Of a stretch of 64,000 nt of DNA, positions 9,148-18,664 are shown piece by piece. The notes beneath the pieces are model-generated. The model was not told the origin of the DNA. It saw only the letters and a program-made list of their open reading frames with translations, and did no database searches. Position 1 is the stretch's first letter, and each line of letters starts with the position of its first letter. The DNA lies in IMG/VR virus record IMGVR_UViG_3300007960_000015, positions 15,507 to 79,506 of that record, one strand, 5' to 3'. The DNA is from a virus. A program made the translations under genes and the position numbers.

Positions 9148-10443
9148 ATGGCAAATGAATTGTATGGTATTAACATACCATCACTAAGTGATGATCACAA
9201 TAGGGTATTACGTTTAAGAGCTAATAATACCAAATACACAGAGTTAGAAATAGATAAATCACATGGTTATTATTATGTAAGAAAGCGCCGTGCTGAAGAA
9301 AATGACGATGAAACCCATGAAAGGTTTGAAAGAGGTTGGGCTCCAATCGACACCTTAGGTAATATATTAAAGGCATTTCTTGTTGATAGAACAAGAACGA
9401 TTGATGATTTCTACGCTATTCTAGGGCCTCTTCCACCTTATCCAGACTACGAAGTAGATTATACAGCAGCTTGTGATAGAAAAGCCATAGAACTTCTACG
9501 AGAATGTAAAGACAAGAATTATGAGATGAGGATCTCATGGTCTGGTGGTATTGATTCTACTAATGGATTTGCTGCGATATACAAGTGGTTAGATACTGAT
9601 GAATTTAAGGATATGAATATTTGGGTATGCTTAAATGAAAAGAGTATAATGGAGTATCCATGGTTTTATGAAAATATTATTCAGAAACATCCTCGTATTC
9701 ATGAATATAGAGGTGAGTTCTTTGAAGATGCTGAAGACGGTGAAAATGAAGCATTAGGTCTTAATATGAATAGACCTGTACAGGAAGGATACGATGACTT
9801 TGTAGTAGTTACTGGTGAACTTGGAGATCAGATATTTGGTGCAAAGATTCTTATACCAGATATTAAAGAAAATGGTACAGAAGGTTTAGTTAAGAAACCA
9901 TATACTGATGTATTCTCACCTGATATGTGCCGTTATTTAAAACCATTGATTGATGCAATGCCTGAACATTGGGAAAGAGATTGTGGACATGTTCTGCATT
10001 GGATGAACTTTATTCTCAAGTGGCAATGGTGTCAGATAAGAATGTTTATTATGTATCCTATTCCATATACAAAGTACAGACATTTTTATGATGATAATAT
10101 TATACAGCAATGGTCATTACAGAATAATATGGATGTGAAGTTTCCTGAATATGATTTAAAGAGATATAAAGAACCAGCGAAGAGATATATTGCGAATGTT
10201 ACTGGTGATGAAGAATACTTTACTAATAAAGAAAAGGAAGATTCACAAAGATGTACAATTAATGTATTTGATACTTCTCCTGAAATTGAAGGGATGGATC
10301 CTACAGTGAGGAGACATTGGACTGCTATGGATATTAATTATAAGAAAGAATGGAAGCAGTGCATTCAAAATAATGTAACACATAATGTCGATGATGAAAA
10401 GGGTATAGAAAGTTTCGAATTAAAAACCACATTGGATCTTTAA
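9148..10443 (+). CDS. Asparagine-synthetase-like PP-loop ATP pyrophosphatase
   Basis: WSGGIDST and VTGELGDQIFG motifs. Confidence 0.65.
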   Translation: MANELYGINIPSLSDDHNRVLRLRANNTKYTELEIDKSHGYYYVRKRRAEENDDETHERFERGWAPIDTLGNILKAFLVDRTRTIDDFYAILGPLPPYPDYEVDYTAACDRKAIELLRECKDKNYEMRISWSGGIDSTNGFAAIYKWLDTDEFKDMNIWVCLNEKSIMEYPWFYENIIQKHPRIHEYRGEFFEDAEDGENEALGLNMNRPVQEGYDDFVVVTGELGDQIFGAKILIPDIKENGTEGLVKKPYTDVFSPDMCRYLKPLIDAMPEHWERDCGHVLHWMNFILKWQWCQIRMFIMYPIPYTKYRHFYDDNIIQQWSLQNNMDVKFPEYDLKRYKEPAKRYIANVTGDEEYFTNKEKEDSQRCTINVFDTSPEIEGMDPTVRRHWTAMDINYKKEWKQCIQNNVTHNVDDEKGIESFELKTTLDL

Positions 10444-10510
10444 ATCTTATATATAAATGCATACGAGTAATTCGTATATTAACTAGTTAATAAGTAAGGA
10501 GTAAAATAAC

Positions 10511-11458
10511 ATGGCAAAACAAAATATCAAGTGGGTAATTGCCCATGAGCCAATTGATTTGTTCTTGCGTGCTGCGAAGAAATTTTCAGACGAGATCAAT
10601 TCAAAAACTGATAAGTTCTCTTTCGAGTGTTTAACTCTTAAAGAATATTCAGACAAGTATAACGGTGGCGTACAAATCAATAAGTACGATCTTCTTGACC
10701 ATATGGATCAAGGTAAAGTAGAAATGGCACAAATGTATACAACTACATTAGGTCAAAAGCACAATAGAGATATGTGGGCTTTGGATATGCCTTTCCTATT
10801 TAAAGATCATGATCACGCTGCTCGTGTTTTAGATGGTCAAATCGGTCAAAAGATTCTATCTGAAATGACTAATGAAGGCAATGTTAGAGGTCTAGCATTT
10901 ACATATTCTGGTGGATTCAGAATGTTACCTTCTGATCGTGATATTAATGTATTGAGCGATCTTCAAGGTATGAGAGTTCGTGTACACGAGCATTCTCCAG
11001 TTGCTTCTGAAACATTTAAAGCTGTTGGTGCAGAGCCAGTTCAGTTAATGTTAGAGGAAATTAACGAGGGTGTTGCTAAAGATATGATTGACGCAGGTGA
11101 GTCTACTTACCCACGTTACTATTCTCTAAAGCAAAACGAAGCTCTTCCTACTATTAATGATACACAACATTCACTATTCTTAACTTCAGTTCTTATCAAT
11201 GATAATTTCTGGGCTGAGATGGATGCTGCGGACCAAGAAGTCATTCAATCAGCTGCTTTATCTGCTGCTGTAACTGAGCGTGCTGAATCAATCGCTGATA
11301 TTAAGAAGGTTGAAGAAGTATGTGCTAAGGATGGTATCAACATTAATAAGATGAGCGAGTCTGTAACTGCAGAGTGGAAAGCTGCTACTGCACACTTATA
11401 TGACAAGTTCGAAGATATGTTCACACCAGGTCTTCTAAAAGCTATTCAAAAAGCTTAA
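10511..11458 (+). CDS. dctP: TRAP transporter substrate-binding protein DctP-like
   Basis: ALDMPFLFKDHDHA, GFRML, DLQGMRVRV, FKAVGAEPV motifs; AAGGAG RBS. Confidence 0.85.
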   Translation: MAKQNIKWVIAHEPIDLFLRAAKKFSDEINSKTDKFSFECLTLKEYSDKYNGGVQINKYDLLDHMDQGKVEMAQMYTTTLGQKHNRDMWALDMPFLFKDHDHAARVLDGQIGQKILSEMTNEGNVRGLAFTYSGGFRMLPSDRDINVLSDLQGMRVRVHEHSPVASETFKAVGAEPVQLMLEEINEGVAKDMIDAGESTYPRYYSLKQNEALPTINDTQHSLFLTSVLINDNFWAEMDAADQEVIQSAALSAAVTERAESIADIKKVEEVCAKDGININKMSESVTAEWKAATAHLYDKFEDMFTPGLLKAIQKA

Positions 11459-11464
11459 AACTTT

Positions 11465-11491
11465 AAGGGGGCTCTTCAACAGAGCCCTTTT
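11465..11491 (+). terminator. Rho-independent terminator
   Basis: GGGCTCT-TCAAC-AGAGCCC followed by TTTT. Confidence 0.7.
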
Positions 11492-11496
11492 ATATT

Positions 11497-12339
11497 ATGC
11501 CCACAATTGAAAAAAACTATATTAATATTAATGAGCTATCCACTGCTTTAAATTGGATGGTTGATCAATATTGGTATGTTAATATTAAACAAGATAGAAC
11601 TCAATGGAATAATGAGGAATCTATCTTATCTGATTCATTAATAACCCAATTAACACCCGATGGAAAGATGAGAGATCCGATGGTTATTGGTGCCCATGAC
11701 CCAAGGCCACCTAGACCTAATGAAGTTTCTTCTATTAAAGGTGTTTGGAGAATGCCATTTGGATGGGATGATGAATCAACTAAAAGAAGATCACCTATCA
11801 TATACGATGTATTTGAAAATATTAATAAACAATTCTTTAATAATGAATTTACATTAGATGGTTATGGGGAAGGTATTAGAGCTACAAGATTAATGTGGCA
11901 AAGTCCTAAACATAAAGATATACCTGGCTGGGGTAATTTTCTGAGGAGAGGCCATACTCCTCCGATTTGGACTTGTTATGCTAATGGAAGACCTAATGGT
12001 ATGCATTGTCATGGTAATCTACCTGAACAAAAAAGTAATGCCCATATGGATAGTCCTGCTAATCCAGATCCTGACGCCTTGCCAGATAAAGATACATATA
12101 CTATATTAGTTAATTTAAATCCTGTGTGGAGACCCAATTCGGGTGGGGAAGTTATTTTCCATAAATTAGGAGATGATAATGGTGTGGGTTATGCTGAAGA
12201 AATTGTCCCACATGAACCTGGTTTAGTCTTGTTGTACTCATCTGACTATATACATAGAACTATACCAAATGTTGTTGCTAATAATAAAGAAAGGTTTCAA
12301 CAGAAATTAGCATTTAGAGTAAGGAGAAAACATGATTGA
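11497..12339 (+). CDS. 2OG-Fe(II) oxygenase-like protein
   Basis: HMD, TILVNLNPVW..GGEVIF, distal H (YIHRT) and KLAFRV strand. Confidence 0.7.
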   Translation: MPTIEKNYININELSTALNWMVDQYWYVNIKQDRTQWNNEESILSDSLITQLTPDGKMRDPMVIGAHDPRPPRPNEVSSIKGVWRMPFGWDDESTKRRSPIIYDVFENINKQFFNNEFTLDGYGEGIRATRLMWQSPKHKDIPGWGNFLRRGHTPPIWTCYANGRPNGMHCHGNLPEQKSNAHMDSPANPDPDALPDKDTYTILVNLNPVWRPNSGGEVIFHKLGDDNGVGYAEEIVPHEPGLVLLYSSDYIHRTIPNVVANNKERFQQKLAFRVRRKHD

Positions 12340-12769
12340 TGAAGGTGAATTCAAAGATGAATTAGAGCAAGATTTTAAGAAGGCTATGAGGTATGATAAT
12401 ATTAAGTTTGAAAATCCTGATAGACTTCGTGAAATAGATAAAAAGAATAATCTATTATCAAGACGAGGTGCTCATATTACATTGCATGATGTAGCAAGTT
12501 TTATAAAGTTTATTGATATTTCAATGCAAAGGGGTATTGTACAAGACCCAGGAGAAAAAGAAGATATTATTGCACTTAAGCAAAGATTGATCAAATTCTT
12601 AAATTTAGCTACTCCAGAAAACTATGATATTTTAGCCGATGCAGAACTGACTCAGAAGTTTGCAGAAGAAGAAAGAGCTAGGATTGAAGCGACTAGAAGA
12701 CCGGATGGATCCCTACCGGCTGATGATGACAAGCAAAAAAAGACTGGAGGAGCTCCATTCCCGATATAA
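12332..12769 (+). CDS. Hypothetical protein
   Basis: 145 aa ORF coupled to the upstream gene; AAGGAG RBS. Confidence 0.55.
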   Translation: MIDEGEFKDELEQDFKKAMRYDNIKFENPDRLREIDKKNNLLSRRGAHITLHDVASFIKFIDISMQRGIVQDPGEKEDIIALKQRLIKFLNLATPENYDILADAELTQKFAEEERARIEATRRPDGSLPADDDKQKKTGGAPFPI

Positions 12770-12783
12770 ATATCTTATAAATA
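12765..12783 (+). promoter_or_regulatory. Tandem T4 late promoters (TATAAATA at 12765 and 12776)
   Basis: Two exact consensus copies upstream of ATG 12809. Confidence 0.7.
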
Positions 12784-12808
12784 TAATTAAACTCTTATAG
12801 GTGTAACT

Positions 12809-13438
12809 ATGGCTCGTCCTTTACAAATTAAATATAATTCTGGCTCATTCCAAGGCATCCAAGAAATTGGATCAAATATGACTTTGGGTGATGAATCTAC
12901 TGCCACTACTAAAATTACTTTTAAGGGGCACACAACTCAACATGGTGAGTTTTATTCACAACATGTTGATACAGATACAGGTTCGCCGAATGCTGGATAT
13001 TCTTTCCACTTTAATTCGACAGAAACCTCCACAAATGTAGTTCTTGATAATGGTGGATATTTCATTGGAACTGCTACTTCAGTTGATTATGCGGACTTGG
13101 CAGAGAAATATTTACCCGATGCAGAATATGGCGAAGGTGTTGTATTAGCTATTGGTGGTGAGAACGAAGTTACTGAATATAAATCAGGCATGCCTTTAGC
13201 AGGCGTTGTTTCTCTTATACCAGCATTTGAAATGAATTCAAGTTTAGAAGGTGGTGTATTTGTAGCACTAAAAGGACGTGTTCCATGTAAGATTAATGGT
13301 TCGGCAAAGAAAGGCGATATTATCATTGCTGATGATAATGGTGCTGGAAAGGCTGTTGATGCTATTACCACATTTGCTGATCAAAAGATTGGTATTGCTT
13401 TAGAAGACGGTGAGGGAATAATTGAAGTAAAAATTTAA
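12809..13438 (+). CDS. Short fibre/appendage protein with peptidase G2-like autocleaving chaperone
   Basis: DYADLAEKY...G.VLAIGGENEVT...GVVS..PAF.MN...VALKGRVPCK..G..KKGD motif. Confidence 0.65.
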   Translation: MARPLQIKYNSGSFQGIQEIGSNMTLGDESTATTKITFKGHTTQHGEFYSQHVDTDTGSPNAGYSFHFNSTETSTNVVLDNGGYFIGTATSVDYADLAEKYLPDAEYGEGVVLAIGGENEVTEYKSGMPLAGVVSLIPAFEMNSSLEGGVFVALKGRVPCKINGSAKKGDIIIADDNGAGKAVDAITTFADQKIGIALEDGEGIIEVKI

Positions 13439-13444
13439 TATATA

Positions 13445-14179
13445 ATGATTGGTATTATTGGTTATGGTATGGTTGGCTCTGCCTTAAAAGAAGCCTTCTA
13501 CAAAGAAACAATAGTTGTTGTAGATCCTAAATTTAATGATGTAACTATTAAAGATTTAGTTAATCGCAAACCCAAAGCAATATTTGTTTGTGTTCCTACT
13601 CCAACAGATAATTCAAACTACATTATAATAAGAAGTGTTCTGGATGAACTCAAACTCTTATATGATGGTTTGGTTATAGTAAAATCTACAATTCTTCCTG
13701 AAGTTCTTGAACCCTATGATGTTATATACAATCCTGAGTTTTTAAGTAGGGCTACAGCTAAAGACGATATGGTTAAACCTCCGATGGTAGTGATTGGTGG
13801 TGATTCAGAAGAAAAATGTAACAAGTTGGCTGCATTATATGCGAAGCACTCTATTATTGATTTAAGTAATTTATTCTTTTGTACAGTAAGACAAGCTTGC
13901 TATATTAAATATATGATGAATACATTTTATGCAACGAAGATAACGTTTATGAATGAAATGTATGATATAATTAATTCAGCTGAAGATTTTGAGGTAGTAA
14001 CTCAGGCTTGCGCAGCACATCCTTGGATGGGTACACATCATTTTCAAGTACCAGGTCCAGATGGAAAGCGTGGATTCGGTGGCCCTTGCCTTCCCAAGGA
14101 TACTAAGGCATTAAATGATATGAATCCGGATTCTTTATTAGGAAAGGTATTGGAGTTAAACGAAACATATAGAAAATGA
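13445..14179 (+). CDS. ugd: UDP-glucose/nucleotide-sugar 6-dehydrogenase (compact)
   Basis: GYGMVG, CVPTP, KST, YNPEFL and GFGGPCLPKD catalytic motif. Confidence 0.85.
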   Translation: MIGIIGYGMVGSALKEAFYKETIVVVDPKFNDVTIKDLVNRKPKAIFVCVPTPTDNSNYIIIRSVLDELKLLYDGLVIVKSTILPEVLEPYDVIYNPEFLSRATAKDDMVKPPMVVIGGDSEEKCNKLAALYAKHSIIDLSNLFFCTVRQACYIKYMMNTFYATKITFMNEMYDIINSAEDFEVVTQACAAHPWMGTHHFQVPGPDGKRGFGGPCLPKDTKALNDMNPDSLLGKVLELNETYRK

Positions 14180-15183
14180 AAACATTATTAGTTGTAATGA
14201 GTGAACAATGCAATTTAAATTGTTCTTATTGCAATGTAGATAAATGGTCAAAGACAAAGATTGACGTTAATACCTTTATAGATTATTATAAAGACCAAAG
14301 AAAGAAATATCCTGATGAGATGTTTAAGATTGATTTCTTTGGTGGTGAACCCCTCCTGCAGTTTGATGTTATGAAGGATATCGTGGCAAGAACAGAACAC
14401 GATCCTTTAGTAAAATATTTTATGCCTACTAATGGATTGGTTATCACCCAGGAGAAATTAGACTTTATAATTGATAAGCAAATAGAAGTATCATTATCAT
14501 TTGATGGTTTATGGCAAGATGATAATAGACCACAATTAAGTGGAAGTGGTACATTAACTAAATACCTAGCCAAGAAAGATATATTAAAACAAATTCCTAA
14601 TCTTAGATGCCACTCTATGATAGGTTCTGGTAATCATAATTTATTAGAAAATCATTTGTTTATTGAAGATGTGTTTGGTGTTGCCTCTGAATTTACATTA
14701 GTTAGAGACATTGGTATTTGGGATAAAGAAGGTGTTGAATCATTAAAGGAAGGTATAAAGGAATTAATGGAATGGTATTCTGTTAATACCCATAGAGAAA
14801 TGCCTTTTTATATACGCTATTATTTAAGACATATGATAATGGCAAAGTATAAACAAGAAGAGGTTGATTCTTGTGGGGCTGGTGAATCTTTATTTACATT
14901 TAATGAAGATAATTCAGTAGTACCTTGTAATAGATTTAAAGATCAACCGGATGTTATTGCGAAGATACCTGAATTTAGAAAGATGTCCCCTTGTCAAACC
15001 TGCGAAGTAAGATCTTACTGCAGAAAGGGATGTTTATATGAGCAGATAAATAATAATGGACCTATTGAAGAATTGTGTGAGATATACAAATATACCTATA
15101 AAAGTATTGGTCAGCTGGTAGCTAATGTACAGGATGATCCAAACTTCCAAGCCGTAGTGAAGGAGGAAATTGAAAATGGCTAG
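14176..15183 (+). CDS. Radical SAM/SPASM protein
   Basis: CNLNCSYC, FFGGEPLL, SFDG; C-terminal CGAG...PC...CQTCEVRSYCRKGC...C. Confidence 0.9.
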   Translation: MKTLLVVMSEQCNLNCSYCNVDKWSKTKIDVNTFIDYYKDQRKKYPDEMFKIDFFGGEPLLQFDVMKDIVARTEHDPLVKYFMPTNGLVITQEKLDFIIDKQIEVSLSFDGLWQDDNRPQLSGSGTLTKYLAKKDILKQIPNLRCHSMIGSGNHNLLENHLFIEDVFGVASEFTLVRDIGIWDKEGVESLKEGIKELMEWYSVNTHREMPFYIRYYLRHMIMAKYKQEEVDSCGAGESLFTFNEDNSVVPCNRFKDQPDVIAKIPEFRKMSPCQTCEVRSYCRKGCLYEQINNNGPIEELCEIYKYTYKSIGQLVANVQDDPNFQAVVKEEIENG

Positions 15184-15394
15184 TATTAAACAAATGAATA
15201 AGGCTTTATTTAAGTCTTCTGCTCATCTATTTGAAGCAGCAAAATATCTATCAAATGTAGAGGAATTTCGTGAAGAGGCGGTGATGCTTCTTGAAATGGC
15301 AGACGAAATGTCTAGTATTATCCAACCTGAAAAAGAGAAAGTATCAAAGGATAAAATGGCCGATATATTATCAGAGATTACAAAAAATGCATGA
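15176..15394 (+). CDS. Small helical hypothetical protein between the two SPASM enzymes
   Basis: AGGAGG RBS before ATG 15176; overlaps both neighbours. Confidence 0.55.
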   Translation: MASIKQMNKALFKSSAHLFEAAKYLSNVEEFREEAVMLLEMADEMSSIIQPEKEKVSKDKMADILSEITKNA

Positions 15395-16523
15395 AATAAG
15401 TAACCAATTTACGTTAGAAATTACCACAGCAGCTCTATGTAACTTAGACTGTACTTATTGCTTTGAAGGTGCAAAGACAAATAAGAGACGTTTAGATACA
15501 GAACAAGTAGCAGCCTTGAAAAAAAGAATCTATGATTTTTTAGATAGTGATTTCTTTAAAGATAATTACGACAATCTGAATATATCTTTTTGGGGTGGTG
15601 AACCCACTCTAAATCCTGATTTAATTATTAACATTATGCAAGAGTATCAGCATATAGACAATGTCGGTTTCCATATTTACACTAATGCTTATGAAAGAAG
15701 AAGATTAGATAAGATTGTAGATAATATTGATAAGAGTAAACTTAATGTACAGATATCATATGATGGCCGGGATATTAATGATGTGTTTAGAGTAACTGCT
15801 ACTGGTAAGTCATCTGCTGATAAAGTATTAGAGAATCTTGAATACTTTGCTAAGAAAGGTGTTGCTATTTCGATGAAATCGACTATACCTCTTAAATCAA
15901 TGAGAACATTATATTCTACTTGGAAAGACTTTGAAAGAATGTATGAGAAGTATAATGCTATTGGTGATCATGTACAAATATCTTATGCCCCTACTATTGA
16001 CTATGTTGATGAATTACCTAGAGATGAAGCAGAAAAGCTTGTTGAAATATTCCGTGAGCAGATGATTAAAGTTGCTGCCGAAGAAATTAAATTTGTTAAC
16101 AAACACCAAAGACATTTATGCACTTGGTTTAATGGTTCTGATTCCAAACAGCATTGTGCTGCTGGTGCACACATGCATGCTATTGATGTGGATGGTAATA
16201 GTTATGCTTGCCATGGTGCTTTATACTCTCCTAATAAAGAAAAGATGCACGGAGGTAATATTGAGGATGAAAACTTTATAAATAAGATTGAGAAGATGAG
16301 TAATGAATATTCATCAGTAATTGGCCGCGGAGTAAGCGACGTCTGTAAAGACTGTGTCGCTACAACGTGTATGATTTGCCCGGTAGCCTCATTCGATATG
16401 AGTAATAAAGAAGACCACATGGATAGGTGGACCGATAGATGGGTAAACAACATGTGCGGATTTTTTAAGGCGTTTGGAGAAATAGATAGAACAGTTCAAG
16501 CGCATTTAGACGGAGATTTATAA
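15387..16523 (+). CDS. Radical SAM/SPASM protein
   Basis: CNLDCTYC, FWGGEPTL, SYDG; C-terminal CAAG...ACHG...CKDC...CMICP...C. Start placed at ATG 15387, overlapping the upstream ORF's end. Confidence 0.9.
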   Translation: MHEISNQFTLEITTAALCNLDCTYCFEGAKTNKRRLDTEQVAALKKRIYDFLDSDFFKDNYDNLNISFWGGEPTLNPDLIINIMQEYQHIDNVGFHIYTNAYERRRLDKIVDNIDKSKLNVQISYDGRDINDVFRVTATGKSSADKVLENLEYFAKKGVAISMKSTIPLKSMRTLYSTWKDFERMYEKYNAIGDHVQISYAPTIDYVDELPRDEAEKLVEIFREQMIKVAAEEIKFVNKHQRHLCTWFNGSDSKQHCAAGAHMHAIDVDGNSYACHGALYSPNKEKMHGGNIEDENFINKIEKMSNEYSSVIGRGVSDVCKDCVATTCMICPVASFDMSNKEDHMDRWTDRWVNNMCGFFKAFGEIDRTVQAHLDGDL

Positions 16524-17242
16524 TGGCATGTTCAGGAAGTCATTGCAGTAATCATGGAACTGGTACTTCTACTTGTTCCAACCATAGAGGTACTTGCTCT
16601 ACTAACAGGGCTTATAGCCCCTCTAGTGAGTTCACTGGAGGTTCAATTACAGCAGCAGATATCAATCTACTAAGAACTAATATTAGAGATGAGATAACAC
16701 GTTATAATCTTCATGCGGATCATTCTCACACACTACGCCAGGGCTCTGCTTATCAAACATCAACTGTAATAGATAATGCTCATATTAATGATATGGAGCA
16801 AATGGTATATGATGGTGAGAATAGAAAAGAAAGAGTTGGATCTAACTATGCATCTGTAGCTGGTGCTACTACCTGGGGTAATAAATCTATATCTTCATAT
16901 TCGGAAGGTTCTGTAATTAATGCATCACACTGGACAACACTTAAATCAAGATACGATAATCTAAGAACAGATTGTATATGTAATTCGGATTGTTCATGTA
17001 ATCTAGTTTGTGCTTGTCATAATGACTGTGGTTGTAACTACTCTGATATTAGATTAAAGAGAGAGATTCAATTCCTTGAAAAACGTGGTGATATTAATTA
17101 TTATTCATTTAAGTATATTTGGGATAATGTTAGAAGAACTGGTGTTATGGCACAAGAGATTCTTGAATCTAAGTGGAAAGATGCTGTGAAACAAGATAAG
17201 AAAGGTTATTATATGGTAGACTATTCAATGCTGCCTCAATAA
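16523..17242 (+). CDS. Cys-rich fibre-like protein with C-terminal peptidase S74 chaperone
   Basis: 4 Cys at the N-terminus, (CxCxxx)4 block, then YSDIRLKREI...GVMAQEI...GYYMVDYS S74 motif. Confidence 0.8.
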   Translation: MACSGSHCSNHGTGTSTCSNHRGTCSTNRAYSPSSEFTGGSITAADINLLRTNIRDEITRYNLHADHSHTLRQGSAYQTSTVIDNAHINDMEQMVYDGENRKERVGSNYASVAGATTWGNKSISSYSEGSVINASHWTTLKSRYDNLRTDCICNSDCSCNLVCACHNDCGCNYSDIRLKREIQFLEKRGDINYYSFKYIWDNVRRTGVMAQEILESKWKDAVKQDKKGYYMVDYSMLPQ

Positions 17243-17258
17243 AAAAAGGAGTTATATT

Positions 17259-17870
17259 ATGATGCTTTATGAACTCGCGTTGGTCGAAGACCGCGGATCC
17301 TATTGGTTTGTTACAAACGTAACAAGAAACACCCTAGACAATTTAGCAGAGGAAGGAGAAACAGTCCTTAAACTTTCTGCTAACTCATTTAAAATTATTA
17401 GTGATGCTATCAATGATGGTAAGGCTGTACATATTACAAAAACACGTATGGCTAGTGAAGTACTACCAATGGAGATTGAGGTACTAGATCATAGTGAGAC
17501 TGATCCATTAGATGAAGCTAGAAAGGCAGCTCTTATTAAGGTTAGAATGTTAGTTACGCCTGAGTTAGCTAAAATATCGGGTTTCGCATTATATGGATTT
17601 ATGATGCTTAATAATGATCTGGCTAATGCAGGATTCTTTATTACTAACGATAATAGGGAAGAGAAGTATCTCTCTATTCTTGAAACAGGTAATGAAGATT
17701 TAATTGAGAAGTTAGAAGATTATTTAAATTATAAAGACGAGATTGAAAATGTAGCTCATCTAGAAAGAAAGTTTTCTAAATTCAAAAAAGATCTTAGAAT
17801 TGCAACCACTGTAGAGGATGTACAAGGAATCCAAGATAGATTCCTAGATAAATTCTATTCAAATTTCTAA
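17259..17870 (+). CDS. Hypothetical protein
   Basis: 203 aa ORF with AAGGAG RBS. Confidence 0.6.
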   Translation: MMLYELALVEDRGSYWFVTNVTRNTLDNLAEEGETVLKLSANSFKIISDAINDGKAVHITKTRMASEVLPMEIEVLDHSETDPLDEARKAALIKVRMLVTPELAKISGFALYGFMMLNNDLANAGFFITNDNREEKYLSILETGNEDLIEKLEDYLNYKDEIENVAHLERKFSKFKKDLRIATTVEDVQGIQDRFLDKFYSNF

Positions 17871-18664
17871 TGAGACTTGCTGTAGTCTATAAGTTTAAAA
17901 ATCATAATAAACTTAACGGAACACTCTTTTATTGCTACGAATACTATAGAAAATTAAGGGAAAGTTATCCTTGTACAAAGTTTGTTATTATAGGCATTGA
18001 ACCTGATAATATTAAACTTATTGAGAAGGTATTTAAAGAAAAGTATAATAACTTTTATCCGATGGATATCATTCCATTCAAATCAGTAATTAGTTTATGG
18101 AAACAAAAGTTTGATCGAACTCTAATATTGGACATTGATACCTTTTATCAATGTAAAGAGTTTTGCACTAACGAAGTCCATGTGTTTAGTAATGATACTC
18201 ATGAGATGTATCGATACCCTGATGATAGACAAGTAACATACTATGGTGTGTATCCATACCAAAGATTCGATAAAGAATGTATGTTAAAACTCAACTTTAA
18301 TATAATGACTCCGGCTCAGAATAAACCTGGTGTGTTTGTTTCCTGTTTAGATATGACTCATCTAAAAAATAATATAAACAGATATGAAAGAGAGTTTCAA
18401 AGGCCTATTATATTAAAGAAAAGTCATGAGGGGTCTGGTTCAATTTTTGATGAAATTAACCAGGTGCATTATGTCCATGTACAAAGAGATACAAATAATA
18501 GAATTATACCCGAAGCATTCTTTCATAATAAGAAACTAACAATAGAAGAAGTATATAATGAAGATGATTCTATTATGAGGCGATATAATGATATTATTAA
18601 TAATGGATTAGATAATTATACTTTAAGTGATAGTGATTTGATGATTAAGGCATGTCTGCGATAG
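17870..18664 (+). CDS. Putative GT-B glycosyltransferase-like protein
   Basis: C-terminal DTNNRIIPEAFFHNKKL resembles the GT4 E-x7-E region; paralog of the next ORF. Confidence 0.4.
   Translation: MRLAVVYKFKNHNKLNGTLFYCYEYYRKLRESYPCTKFVIIGIEPDNIKLIEKVFKEKYNNFYPMDIIPFKSVISLWKQKFDRTLILDIDTFYQCKEFCTNEVHVFSNDTHEMYRYPDDRQVTYYGVYPYQRFDKECMLKLNFNIMTPAQNKPGVFVSCLDMTHLKNNINRYEREFQRPIILKKSHEGSGSIFDEINQVHYVHVQRDTNNRIIPEAFFHNKKLTIEEVYNEDDSIMRRYNDIINNGLDNYTLSDSDLMIKACLR

Noticed and set aside
7126-10443. Lasso peptide cluster
   Set aside because: No recognisable precursor, B1 RRE or B2 protease nearby.
15291-15386. Longer upstream starts in the ORF track (15291, 33079, 34169, 47996, 50299, 56045)
   Set aside because: They overlap upstream genes; downstream ATGs have an RBS or stop-start coupling.
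15176-15394. PqqD/RRE domain
   Set aside because: Appears all-helical and lacks the beta-strand portion; cannot be supported without a structure search.
16277-16284. Intragenic TATAAATA copies (also 5421 and 30169) as late promoters
   Set aside because: Several chance matches are expected in AT-rich DNA; only gene-boundary copies were called.
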